A stretch of DNA of 64,000 nt from Bacteroidota bacterium (GTDB taxonomy: Bacteria; Bacteroidota; Bacteroidia; Bacteroidales; JAAYUG01), in assembly GCA_029571215.1 (NCBI GenBank), contig JAKPTE010000014.1:28082-92081 (forward strand), given 5' to 3'. Shown one piece after another: positions 56,095 through 64,000 of this stretch. Under the pieces are notes generated by a model, which saw only the letters and a list, made by a program, of their open reading frames with translations, did no database searches and was not told where the DNA came from. How positions within the stretch are numbered: the first letter of the stretch is position 1; each line of letters begins with the position of its first letter. The position numbers and the translations under genes were made by a program.

Positions 56095-57882
56095 TTGAAG
56101 AATATCCGTAATTTCTGCATCATTGCTCATATTGATCATGGTAAGAGCACCCTGGCTGACCGTCTTCTTCAGCTTACCCATACCTTATCCGACAGGGAAT
56201 TCCGTGACCAGGTGCTCGACAGTATGGATCTGGAGCGAGAACGCGGCATTACAATCAAAAGCCATGCTATACGGATGCAATATGAATTTGAGGGTGAATT
56301 GTACGTTCTGAACCTTATTGATACCCCGGGGCATGTTGACTTTTCCTATGAGGTTTCCCGCTCCATTGCTTCCTGTGAGGGAGCGCTTCTTGTAGTGGAT
56401 GCTACCCAGGGCATACAGGCACAAACCATATCCAATCTCTACCAGGCGATTGATCATAACCTGGAAATCATTCCGGTACTGAACAAGATTGATATGGAGA
56501 ATGCCATGCCCGAAGAGGTGAAAGACCAGATTGTTGACCTGATAGGATGTTCGCGCGAAGATATCATTGAGGCCAGTGCCAGAACCGGTTTCGGAGTCGA
56601 CAGGGTTCTGGAAGCAATTGTAAAGCGCATTCCACCTCCAAAGGGTGACCCTGCTGCTCCGCTCCAGGCCCTCATCTTTGATAGTGTATTCAATCCTTTT
56701 CGTGGTATTATTGCCTATTTCCGCATTTTTAACGGCACTATCCGGAAAAATGATTTTGTAAAATTTGTATCTACCGGTCGCGAATACCATGCCGATGAAA
56801 TCGGTGTACTCAAGCTCAAGTATGTCCCCCAGGATGAACTGTCGGCAGGGGATGTAGGATATATTATCTCGGGAATAAAGACCTCACGCGAAGTAAAAGT
56901 GGGCGATACCATCACCCATGTTGAAAGGCCCTGTGAAAAAGCAATAGAAGGTTTTGAAGATGTTAAACCAATGGTTTTTGCCGGAATCTACCCTGTTGAA
57001 GCCGACGATTACGAAGAGTTGAGAAACAGTATTGAAAAACTGCACCTGAACGATGCTGCATTTACATTTGAGCCGGAATCGTCTGCAGCCCTCGGTTTTG
57101 GATTCCGGTGCGGTTTTCTTGGCCTGTTGCATATGGAAATTGTTCAGGAACGCCTCGACCGGGAATTCGACATGGATGTGATTACCACGGTGCCGAACGT
57201 TTCATATAAGGTGTATACCACAAAGGGAGAGGTAATTGATGTACATAATCCCTCCGGCTTGCCAGAACCGAACTATATCGAACATATTGAAGAACCCTAT
57301 ATTCAGGCACAGGTCATTTCAAAATCAGAATATGTGGGTGCGATTATGAAACTTTGTATCGATAAGCGCGGTATCCTAAAGAACCAGGTTTATCTTACGA
57401 GCGACAGGGTGGAACTGACATTTGAAATGCCTCTTTCGGAAATTGTATTTGATTTTTACGATAAACTGAAAAGTATTTCTCGCGGTTATGCCTCTTTTGA
57501 CTATCATCAGACGGGGTATAAACCGGCTCAACTGGTACGCCTCGATATTTTATTGAACGGCGATATGGTGGATGCGTTGTCTACACTGATCCACCGCGAC
57601 CATGCCTATGATTTCGGCCGCCGCATGTGCGAAAAACTCAGGGAGCTTATCCCCCGCCAGCAATTTGACGTAGCTATTCAGGCAGCGATTGGCAGCAAAA
57701 TCATTGCCCGAGAAACTGTGAAGGCCCTTCGCAAAGACGTTACGGCAAAATGTTACGGGGGTGATATTACCCGCAAACGAAAACTGCTGGAAAAACAGAA
57801 GAAAGGGAAAAAACGTATGCGCCAGATAGGTACAGTGGAAGTTCCCCAGCAGGCATTTCTTGCCGTTCTGAAACTCGACTGA
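56095..57882 (+). CDS. lepA: Elongation factor 4 (LepA)
   Basis: 595 aa with G1 motif [17 protein letters not shown] and DTPGH. The TTG start gives the canonical [11 protein letters not shown]-terminus. Confidence 0.95.
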   Translation: MKNIRNFCIIAHIDHGKSTLADRLLQLTHTLSDREFRDQVLDSMDLERERGITIKSHAIRMQYEFEGELYVLNLIDTPGHVDFSYEVSRSIASCEGALLVVDATQGIQAQTISNLYQAIDHNLEIIPVLNKIDMENAMPEEVKDQIVDLIGCSREDIIEASARTGFGVDRVLEAIVKRIPPPKGDPAAPLQALIFDSVFNPFRGIIAYFRIFNGTIRKNDFVKFVSTGREYHADEIGVLKLKYVPQDELSAGDVGYIISGIKTSREVKVGDTITHVERPCEKAIEGFEDVKPMVFAGIYPVEADDYEELRNSIEKLHLNDAAFTFEPESSAALGFGFRCGFLGLLHMEIVQERLDREFDMDVITTVPNVSYKVYTTKGEVIDVHNPSGLPEPNYIEHIEEPYIQAQVISKSEYVGAIMKLCIDKRGILKNQVYLTSDRVELTFEMPLSEIVFDFYDKLKSISRGYASFDYHQTGYKPAQLVRLDILLNGDMVDALSTLIHRDHAYDFGRRMCEKLRELIPRQQFDVAIQAAIGSKIIARETVKALRKDVTAKCYGGDITRKRKLLEKQKKGKKRMRQIGTVEVPQQAFLAVLKLD

Positions 57883-57888
57883 GATTTT

Positions 57889-59061
57889 TCATTGCCTCCC
57901 AAGGAAAATCCTTCTGTAAAATTTAATAATGCGTTTCAGAAATTTCCCGAGGTTTTCTCCCGTCAGGGAATGATGTCTTGTTCCCTTTGGCCCGAGGAGA
58001 TAGCCATAGGGTGCAAGAGCCGGAACATTATCAAGGATGATTTTGGTGACAGCCAGAACAGGAATGATAACCATCATGCCGGGAAGTCCCCATACCATGG
58101 CTGCGGAGATGAGTCCAAGAATGACGAAAAAGGGATTGATTTCAACCGCATCGCCTACAATATTGGGCGAAAGTATATTGTTTTCAAAGGCATGCACCAG
58201 AAAGAATAAAATAGCTACTTTCAGCGCATATACCGGTGACGGCATTACGAGAAGGGAAAAGAGAACAGCGTATGTTCCTCCGATAACATTTCCAAAGTAA
58301 GGAATAAAACTGAAGAGAGATGCTGAGATACCCAGCAGAATTGCGTATTTGATCCCAATCAGTGTAAGGGCTGTTGAATTAATAATGGCCAGGATCAGCA
58401 CAACTATAAACATACCACCCATGTAACGTGTGGCGACAGTGGCAATTTTTCGCAAAACATTTATTGTAACCAGATGCCTTTCTTTCGGAATGGTCTTCAG
58501 AATAAAATAGGCAAATTTGGTACGATAGAAGAGAAACAGAAAAACATATACCGGAAGAAGAGCCATTTTTAGCACAGTGCCAGCCAGATCAACGAAGAGT
58601 TTGTTGTACTGTTCGCGTGTACCCGTAAACAAATTTTCAACTGCCGAACGCAGAAAACCCTCAATTTTCTGATCGGCAATTCCAAACTGTGTTTCAAGAG
58701 AGGACAGAAACAGGCTGACATTATGAATTGCCTGATGTCGAAGATCAGGAAAATCGTCAATAATTCTGCTCACCTGCCGTACCAGAAACAATCCGATTCC
58801 ATAAATAATGATAATCCCAATCATTTCGCTCAGCAGAATGGAAAACACTCTTGGAAACAGTTTCTTTTCAAAAAAATTGGCCAGCGGATAGAGAAGATAG
58901 GCGAGCAGAGCTCCAAAAACGAGAGGGTATAAAAACTCCTTTGCCTGGATTATGCCAAAAAGGGTAAGAAAAATGCCCAGAAGGGTAAATGTATATCGGA
59001 TGGAACGGGGATAATCTTTTAGCATAAACCTGATTATCAGCAAATTGTATCCATTACACAA
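57889..59061 (-). CDS. AI-2E family transporter (PerM-like permease)
   Basis: 390 aa, polytopic, with the typical AI-2E C-terminal region (GLPGMMVIIPVLAV). Start is either 59061 (8-nt overlap with the response regulator) or M13 at 59025. Confidence 0.75.
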   Translation of the reverse strand: MCNGYNLLIIRFMLKDYPRSIRYTFTLLGIFLTLFGIIQAKEFLYPLVFGALLAYLLYPLANFFEKKLFPRVFSILLSEMIGIIIIYGIGLFLVRQVSRIIDDFPDLRHQAIHNVSLFLSSLETQFGIADQKIEGFLRSAVENLFTGTREQYNKLFVDLAGTVLKMALLPVYVFLFLFYRTKFAYFILKTIPKERHLVTINVLRKIATVATRYMGGMFIVVLILAIINSTALTLIGIKYAILLGISASLFSFIPYFGNVIGGTYAVLFSLLVMPSPVYALKVAILFFLVHAFENNILSPNIVGDAVEINPFFVILGLISAAMVWGLPGMMVIIPVLAVTKIILDNVPALAPYGYLLGPKGTRHHSLTGENLGKFLKRIIKFYRRIFLGRQ

Positions 59062-59743
59062 TCAGTTTATAACCCTTACCATGAATGTTCATTATCTGTA
59101 TATCAGGATCATCCTTGAGGTATTTGCGTAGTTTGGTAATGTAAACATCCATGCTCCTCGCATTAAAGTATGTATCGTCAATCCATATGGATTTCAAGGC
59201 AAAATTCCGTTCCAGAATTCTGTTCTTATTCAGGCAAAGCAGACGCAGAAGTTCCGATTCTTTGGTAGTGAGCTTCCTTTCCTCAGTTCCACGTATCAGA
59301 AGCTGGCGGGATGAATCGAAGGTGTAATTCCCCAGTTTGAAGACCGTTTGCTTGTCGGCCCCTTCACTTTTTGTTCTTCGCAGGATGGCTTCGATACGGA
59401 AGATAAGTTCTTCCATGCTAAAGGGCTTGGTAATATAATCATCCGCCCCTATGCGGAACCCTTCGATTACATCTTCTTTCATTGACTTGGCCGTAAGAAA
59501 AATGATCGGGATATCGGAATTGATCATTCTTATTTCTTTGGCCAGCGTAAAACCATCTTTTACGGGCATCATGATATCGAGTATGCAGATGTCGTAATGA
59601 TTCTTCTCGAAACTCCTGAAAGCCTTTTCTCCGTCCCCGAAAAGATCGGCTTCAAAATTCCTTGCCTGAAGGTATTCCCGTAAAAGCATGCCAAGGTTTT
59701 CATCATCTTCGGCAAGCAGTATTCTTGTTTTGGGTGTTTCCAT
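59054..59743 (-). CDS. OmpR/PhoB-type response regulator
   Basis: 229 aa with receiver Asp context (ICILDIMMP), a conserved Lys (ITKPF) and a winged-helix C-terminus (IHGKGYKL). Confidence 0.9.
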   Translation of the reverse strand: METPKTRILLAEDDENLGMLLREYLQARNFEADLFGDGEKAFRSFEKNHYDICILDIMMPVKDGFTLAKEIRMINSDIPIIFLTAKSMKEDVIEGFRIGADDYITKPFSMEELIFRIEAILRRTKSEGADKQTVFKLGNYTFDSSRQLLIRGTEERKLTTKESELLRLLCLNKNRILERNFALKSIWIDDTYFNARSMDVYITKLRKYLKDDPDIQIMNIHGKGYKLIV

Positions 59744-59755
59744 AGAACAAATTTA

Positions 59756-61303
59756 CTATTCTTCTGCAAACGGAAGCATTATATAAAAAACAGATCCTTT
59801 GCCAGGTTCACTTTCAACGCCCACGGATCCCCCATGTTCTTCGACAATTTTTTTCACATAGCTTAATCCAAGGCCAAAACCTTTTACATTATGCACATTG
59901 CCCGTTGGGACGCGGTAAAACTTTTCGAACACCCTCCTCAGATTTTCCTTTGAAATACCGATACCGTTGTCCCTTACCGAAATTTTAAGATAACGTTTCT
60001 GGTTTTCGGTCGACACAAATATTTCAGGTGTTTTATCACAGTATTTGAGAGCATTTTCCAATAAATTCACAATAACATTGGTCAGATGAAGCTCATCACC
60101 ATTAACTCTGCAATACGCAGCATTAAATGACCATTCGATCGTACCATCCTTTTTTTTAACCTGTATTCTGAAATTGGAAATAATCGAGTCGATCAGCTCG
60201 TGCATATTGACGGTCTTTATTTTTAATGGTATTTTGCCTCTGTCAAAAACCGACATCTGCAGAACTTTTTCGACCTGATAGCTGAGCCTTTTGCTTTCGT
60301 TCTGTATTATTCCTGTAATATGACTGATATTTTTTGCTTCAGGAGGTATCGAAGGGTCACCCAGCATTTGGGAAGCAAGAGATATAGTGGAAATGGGAGT
60401 TTTTAACTCATGGGTCATGTTATTGATGAAATCGGTTTTGATCTCGGATAGTTTTTTCTGCCGAAAAATAACGTACAGGGTGAGCCCGAACAAAAAGATG
60501 ATAAGTAATGTCACTGCCATGGCCGATATACTGACAAGTCCGGTGGCATGGCGCAGATAGGCGGGCTGCTCAGGAAAGTAAACTTCCAGAAAGTAAGGCC
60601 TTCCTATCACATCATTCGGGAAAAGACGCACAGTGAAGCGGTCAGCCCTCAGGGTGCTGTCGTAATGTTCAGAAGCCAGTATCAACTGTCTCCTGTCGTT
60701 GCGTACAGCAAAACAAAATGCGAGAGGGATGCCATGAGCAGTAAATTCTTCCTTCAATGCAGCAGTCAGCAACGGAATATTGATTCTCCTGCGGATATCC
60801 TGTTCGGTACGAAGCATTTCATCCACAATGTTCTGTACAATAACCGATTTCCGCCGTATCATGCTATGACTTGAACGCGATTGTATTCTTGCTCCTGTTC
60901 CGTTGCTTTTTGCAGTAGCAACCTCTGATGGAGTGCTTCCATTTGTCTCAGGAGTAATACTTACTTCAGCACTGAACTGTTCAGCATAATAGTCGTAAAA
61001 GGTCACCGGAACAGAATTTCTCCTACGTTTCCTCAGCGGCACTTTCCCAGCGTCATCCTTACCTCCTTGAAACAGATAACCCGACGAATCGGATGGAAAA
61101 CCAAGTTCCTTTATGATATGGTTCCGGGCTTCTTCATTTTCGAGCTGTGTGGAGATTTTGACCAGAGAAGTATGCACCAGCTCGCCGAATTCTTCCTGAC
61201 GAATCCTGACAGCCTGCCGGATCCAATACGATTGCATGCCAATGAGTCCGAGAAGGGCTATGGCCGTTAAAACCACTATTGACCAGATCCAACGGGTGTT
61301 CAT
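59756..61303 (-). CDS. Sensor histidine kinase
   Basis: 515 aa with two TMs flanking a ~230-aa periplasmic region, an H-box (NMTHELKTPIS), and N, G1 and G2 boxes (NLLENALKY, DNGIGI, GFGLGLS). Confidence 0.9.
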   Translation of the reverse strand: MNTRWIWSIVVLTAIALLGLIGMQSYWIRQAVRIRQEEFGELVHTSLVKISTQLENEEARNHIIKELGFPSDSSGYLFQGGKDDAGKVPLRKRRRNSVPVTFYDYYAEQFSAEVSITPETNGSTPSEVATAKSNGTGARIQSRSSHSMIRRKSVIVQNIVDEMLRTEQDIRRRINIPLLTAALKEEFTAHGIPLAFCFAVRNDRRQLILASEHYDSTLRADRFTVRLFPNDVIGRPYFLEVYFPEQPAYLRHATGLVSISAMAVTLLIIFLFGLTLYVIFRQKKLSEIKTDFINNMTHELKTPISTISLASQMLGDPSIPPEAKNISHITGIIQNESKRLSYQVEKVLQMSVFDRGKIPLKIKTVNMHELIDSIISNFRIQVKKKDGTIEWSFNAAYCRVNGDELHLTNVIVNLLENALKYCDKTPEIFVSTENQKRYLKISVRDNGIGISKENLRRVFEKFYRVPTGNVHNVKGFGLGLSYVKKIVEEHGGSVGVESEPGKGSVFYIMLPFAEE

Positions 61304-61515
61304 ATGGTTGCAAAGGTAACATAATCAGACCAGTAGGAAAATGGAGTTAACATACTTTAACTATCCGTTGCAAGTTTTCCGAAAGATGTAGTCGCAAAAA
61401 CCCAGATTTCACATCAACTATACGGAATCAGACTTGCCAATTGAAACCGGTGAAAGCGGGTAAAACACAAATTTTACTGCTGCCCTCTCTTTATCAATGA
61501 CACCGCTTAGTTATC

Positions 61516-63936
61516 TCAATTGCCAACAGTAAAAAAGGCAAAGGAACCCAGTGGTTTTCCGTCAGCAGTTATGCCTTCCACTTTCATAAGATAGGTTCCT
61601 TTAATATCCGATGTAAAAAATCGTATCGTACTTTTTCCAAGAGAATCAGGCACAATGTCAGGTTTCCAGTATAATGTTGTACGCAAATCATTGATGCCCT
61701 CCGTGGTGCGGATACTGTAATCAGGACTGTAAAACTCTCTTGGAGTGGCATAGCCGAGCATTTTGAAATCAAGGAAACCCCGTTTCATAAATTCACCGCG
61801 TTTTGTGTAAACGGCTATCACTCCGTTTGCTCCGCGACTTCCGTAAATAGAAGCATTGGGGCCTTTAATTATCTCGATCAGTTCCACATCTTTAGGATTC
61901 AGGGAACGGAATGCATTAATATCAACCGGCACACCATCCACCAGAAAAAGAGGATCATTGGATAGCATGATGCTTCCCGGACCTCTGATGGTCACCGTAT
62001 TTCCCTGAACAAGAACTCCCGGTACACGACCCTGCAACACCTGAAGCATATCGGTGTACCCTTCGGGAATATCGTCCATATAAATGACATTATCGGCTTC
62101 TCCATGAATTTTGAAGTCTTTGGAACGTTCAAGGATTTTCTGTCTTTCAGGATTATAGGAATAATCAATCCGTTTCACATTTTTATATTTCCATGCCTCA
62201 CCTTTAGCCAGTACCATTTGTGCATGGGCACTGGCTGTGAGGGTTTCAGCCGGCCTGAATTCGTTTTCATCTACTATGATTACCAGATTCTTCCGTCCAT
62301 TGGGTTTTCTTGCTTCAATTACCACGCTGATGGTATCGGGATAATCGAGGTTATCAAAACGAAATCTTCCTTTCCTGTCCGTTTTTGTTTCAAAATAATC
62401 GTTATACGCATTGAGAATGGTGAGGTAGACCTTTGCGTTCCTTATAGGAATGCCAAAAAGGTCACGTGTAATTTTTCCGGTAATGGTAATCCCCTTTTCT
62501 TCTTCAAAAGAAGGCCATTTAAAGTCAGGTGCAAGGATGGATTCCCACCGGAAACGTCTCCACCCGTGTGTAAGCATCAGTAAATCAAGAGCATCTTTTC
62601 GCGGCTGCCCATCATTTTCAAAATACCAAAGCGGATTTTCGATCGTTCCGTGCAGATCGGAATCAAGAAGCAGATAGGTAAAAATAGATGATTGTGCCTG
62701 GGCTGAATCGGTGAGTTCAGCCACCGAAAGAGAAAAAGACCCTCCCGGAAGGGCTTTCCCTTGAGAAGTAACCGATAGCTCTATTTCAGCTTTCCGCCGG
62801 AAGTCATACTCCTTTCTGAGGCCACTGATGACCAAAGATGGCCAGTCATTGTTCCGTAGAAACAACAACCGCTCGGCACGGGGAATTCCCCTGCCGTCAA
62901 ACAGTGTGATATGGCATACTCCCGCCGGATAGGAAGCAACATCAAGCATTTTTTCCGCCTGATTCTCCGGCATATCAATTACTTCGGAGTACATTTCCTT
63001 CCCGTGCACCTGCACCATTAGAATAACATCATTGGCAAGCGGATCCTGAGTAAGCGGCTTATTGGTCTCAACCCATATACGCACCTTATCCGAGGAAACC
63101 TGCTCGGCATGCAAAACATATCCTGTATGCAACGGCTCGGGCAACCGGAATTTCCGTTTCTCGTTATTTCGACCGGAGACTTCCGCATAGTACGTTCGTC
63201 CTTTTTCGGGAGTAAAAACAAAGGAGCCCATTCCGGCATGTACCGTTTTAAAGTCAAGAATTTTATTCTTCCTGTCATCCAAAAGGATGCCGGCCCCTTC
63301 TATGCCCCTGTCGAACTGATCGGAAAGTTTGAAGGCAACAACTGATTTCATGCCCTCCACCAGGTTTCCTCCCTCAGGGAAAAACCGCAGGCTTATTTCC
63401 TGAGCATTTTTCTGAAGCTTCCTGTTGTACTTACGGTTGAACCGAATGTCCTCCGAACTGATAAAGTTTTTGTTATTGGGATTTTCAATGTAGAGATTCC
63501 GGCAGAAAAAGAATTCCTGCTCAAAGTTGTTCATCCAGGATGTGTAAGCCCTGATAAGATAATTGCCCTCAGGAGTTGTATCCCGTATAGAGAAATCACC
63601 CCATCCGGTTCCGTTACGCAATTTGATAAGCTTAACCTGCACCACTGTATTTCTTGGATTTACCAATTCGACATACAGGTTAGAAATACCGGGCAGAGGT
63701 TTATGACTCACAGCATCAACCGCATAGGCCTTGAACCAAATATCTTCGCCCGTTTTGTAGCGTGTTTTATCGAGGTGCAGATATACTTTCTGGGGACGAT
63801 AATCCCGATCAAACCGACTCAATGCTTCCCTTATCCTGACCAGGCGGAAATCTTCATCAGCCGGCAGTAAAAAGGAAGTTAACACCGGAACAAGAAAAGG
63901 AATGATTTTAAGGAAAATGGAAAATGGTTTCTTCAT
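61516..63936 (-). CDS. Large secreted protein: N-terminal beta-sandwich (MG2/CarboxypepD_reg-like) repeats plus a C-terminal TonB-dependent-receptor Plug-like domain, no barrel
   Basis: 806 aa with a signal peptide. The C-terminal segment LQGRVPGVLVQGNTVTIRGPGS...PLFLVDGVPVD...IEIIKGPNASIYGSRGANGVIAVYTKRG matches the Plug consensus. Only ~80 aa follow it, too few for a 22-strand barrel. Confidence 0.65.
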   Translation of the reverse strand: MKKPFSIFLKIIPFLVPVLTSFLLPADEDFRLVRIREALSRFDRDYRPQKVYLHLDKTRYKTGEDIWFKAYAVDAVSHKPLPGISNLYVELVNPRNTVVQVKLIKLRNGTGWGDFSIRDTTPEGNYLIRAYTSWMNNFEQEFFFCRNLYIENPNNKNFISSEDIRFNRKYNRKLQKNAQEISLRFFPEGGNLVEGMKSVVAFKLSDQFDRGIEGAGILLDDRKNKILDFKTVHAGMGSFVFTPEKGRTYYAEVSGRNNEKRKFRLPEPLHTGYVLHAEQVSSDKVRIWVETNKPLTQDPLANDVILMVQVHGKEMYSEVIDMPENQAEKMLDVASYPAGVCHITLFDGRGIPRAERLLFLRNNDWPSLVISGLRKEYDFRRKAEIELSVTSQGKALPGGSFSLSVAELTDSAQAQSSIFTYLLLDSDLHGTIENPLWYFENDGQPRKDALDLLMLTHGWRRFRWESILAPDFKWPSFEEEKGITITGKITRDLFGIPIRNAKVYLTILNAYNDYFETKTDRKGRFRFDNLDYPDTISVVIEARKPNGRKNLVIIVDENEFRPAETLTASAHAQMVLAKGEAWKYKNVKRIDYSYNPERQKILERSKDFKIHGEADNVIYMDDIPEGYTDMLQVLQGRVPGVLVQGNTVTIRGPGSIMLSNDPLFLVDGVPVDINAFRSLNPKDVELIEIIKGPNASIYGSRGANGVIAVYTKRGEFMKRGFLDFKMLGYATPREFYSPDYSIRTTEGINDLRTTLYWKPDIVPDSLGKSTIRFFTSDIKGTYLMKVEGITADGKPLGSFAFFTVGN

Positions 63937-64000
63937 GGCACAGACCCCTGATAAAGGTATGACAATTTAACGGGAAAATACCCTCTATTGTTCAATACAA

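Overview
This 64-kb segment reads as core chromosome from a Bacteroidota (Bacteroidia-like) genome. All calls come from reading the supplied ORF translations and the DNA by eye; no database search, HMM or folding was run. Lineage evidence: a TTTG-N20-TAATTTTG promoter in front of a tRNA, TAnnTTTG boxes and no Shine-Dalgarno before most genes, a dcw cluster without murF, an IPExxxVDY-family gene after rnc, a DUF5683-like gene after parAB, and an ExbB-x-ExbD-ExbD block. I count about 62 protein genes and 2 tRNAs (Arg-CCG, Ser-GGA). I found no rRNA, CRISPR array, transposase, integrase, phage gene, toxin-antitoxin or recognisable defence gene. Gene content left to right: murD(partial)-mraY-murE-ftsI-ftsL-like-rsmH-mraZ; a divergent lipoamino-acid (GlsA/GlsB-like) acyltransferase pair; purF; SPOR; IPExxxVDY-rnc-fabF-acpP; purN; yitT-like; leuS; two GT2/GT-C glycosylation modules diverging from tRNA-Arg; exbB-x-exbD-exbD; tRNA-Ser; ansA, tatD, gdhA, dprA, aroA, nadA+ferredoxin, tadA, aspS; a small stress cluster (beta-barrel OMP, STAS, Zn-peptidase, Hsp20, an exported FF-rich protein); cysE-cysK; a HAD-like phosphatase, glutaminyl cyclase and lipid kinase; parA-parB-DUF5683-like-lytic transglycosylase-GT2; a GT2-methyltransferase-FrhB-like operon facing a 665-aa polytopic protein; lepA; an AI-2E permease with an OmpR-type two-component pair; and an 806-aa protein with a C-terminal Plug domain. 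Most of this is ordinary housekeeping. Four things deserve a second look. (1) The window holds four polyprenyl-phosphate-type GT2s and three GT-C-like polytopic proteins, including an uncharacterised GT2 + SAM-MTase + FrhB/FdhB-like Fe-S flavoprotein + GT-C-like locus at 50.3-56.0 kb. (2) The hsp20 region has an exact sigma-54 consensus promoter, canonical AGGAGG ribosome-binding sites absent elsewhere in the window, and a downstream exported protein built from sHSP-N-terminal-like D-x-F-F motifs. (3) The 10-bp palindrome GTTATATAAC sits upstream of both cysE and cysK. (4) Four phased 10-bp repeats form a probable MraZ operator. I cannot show that any of these is truly undescribed without database searches.
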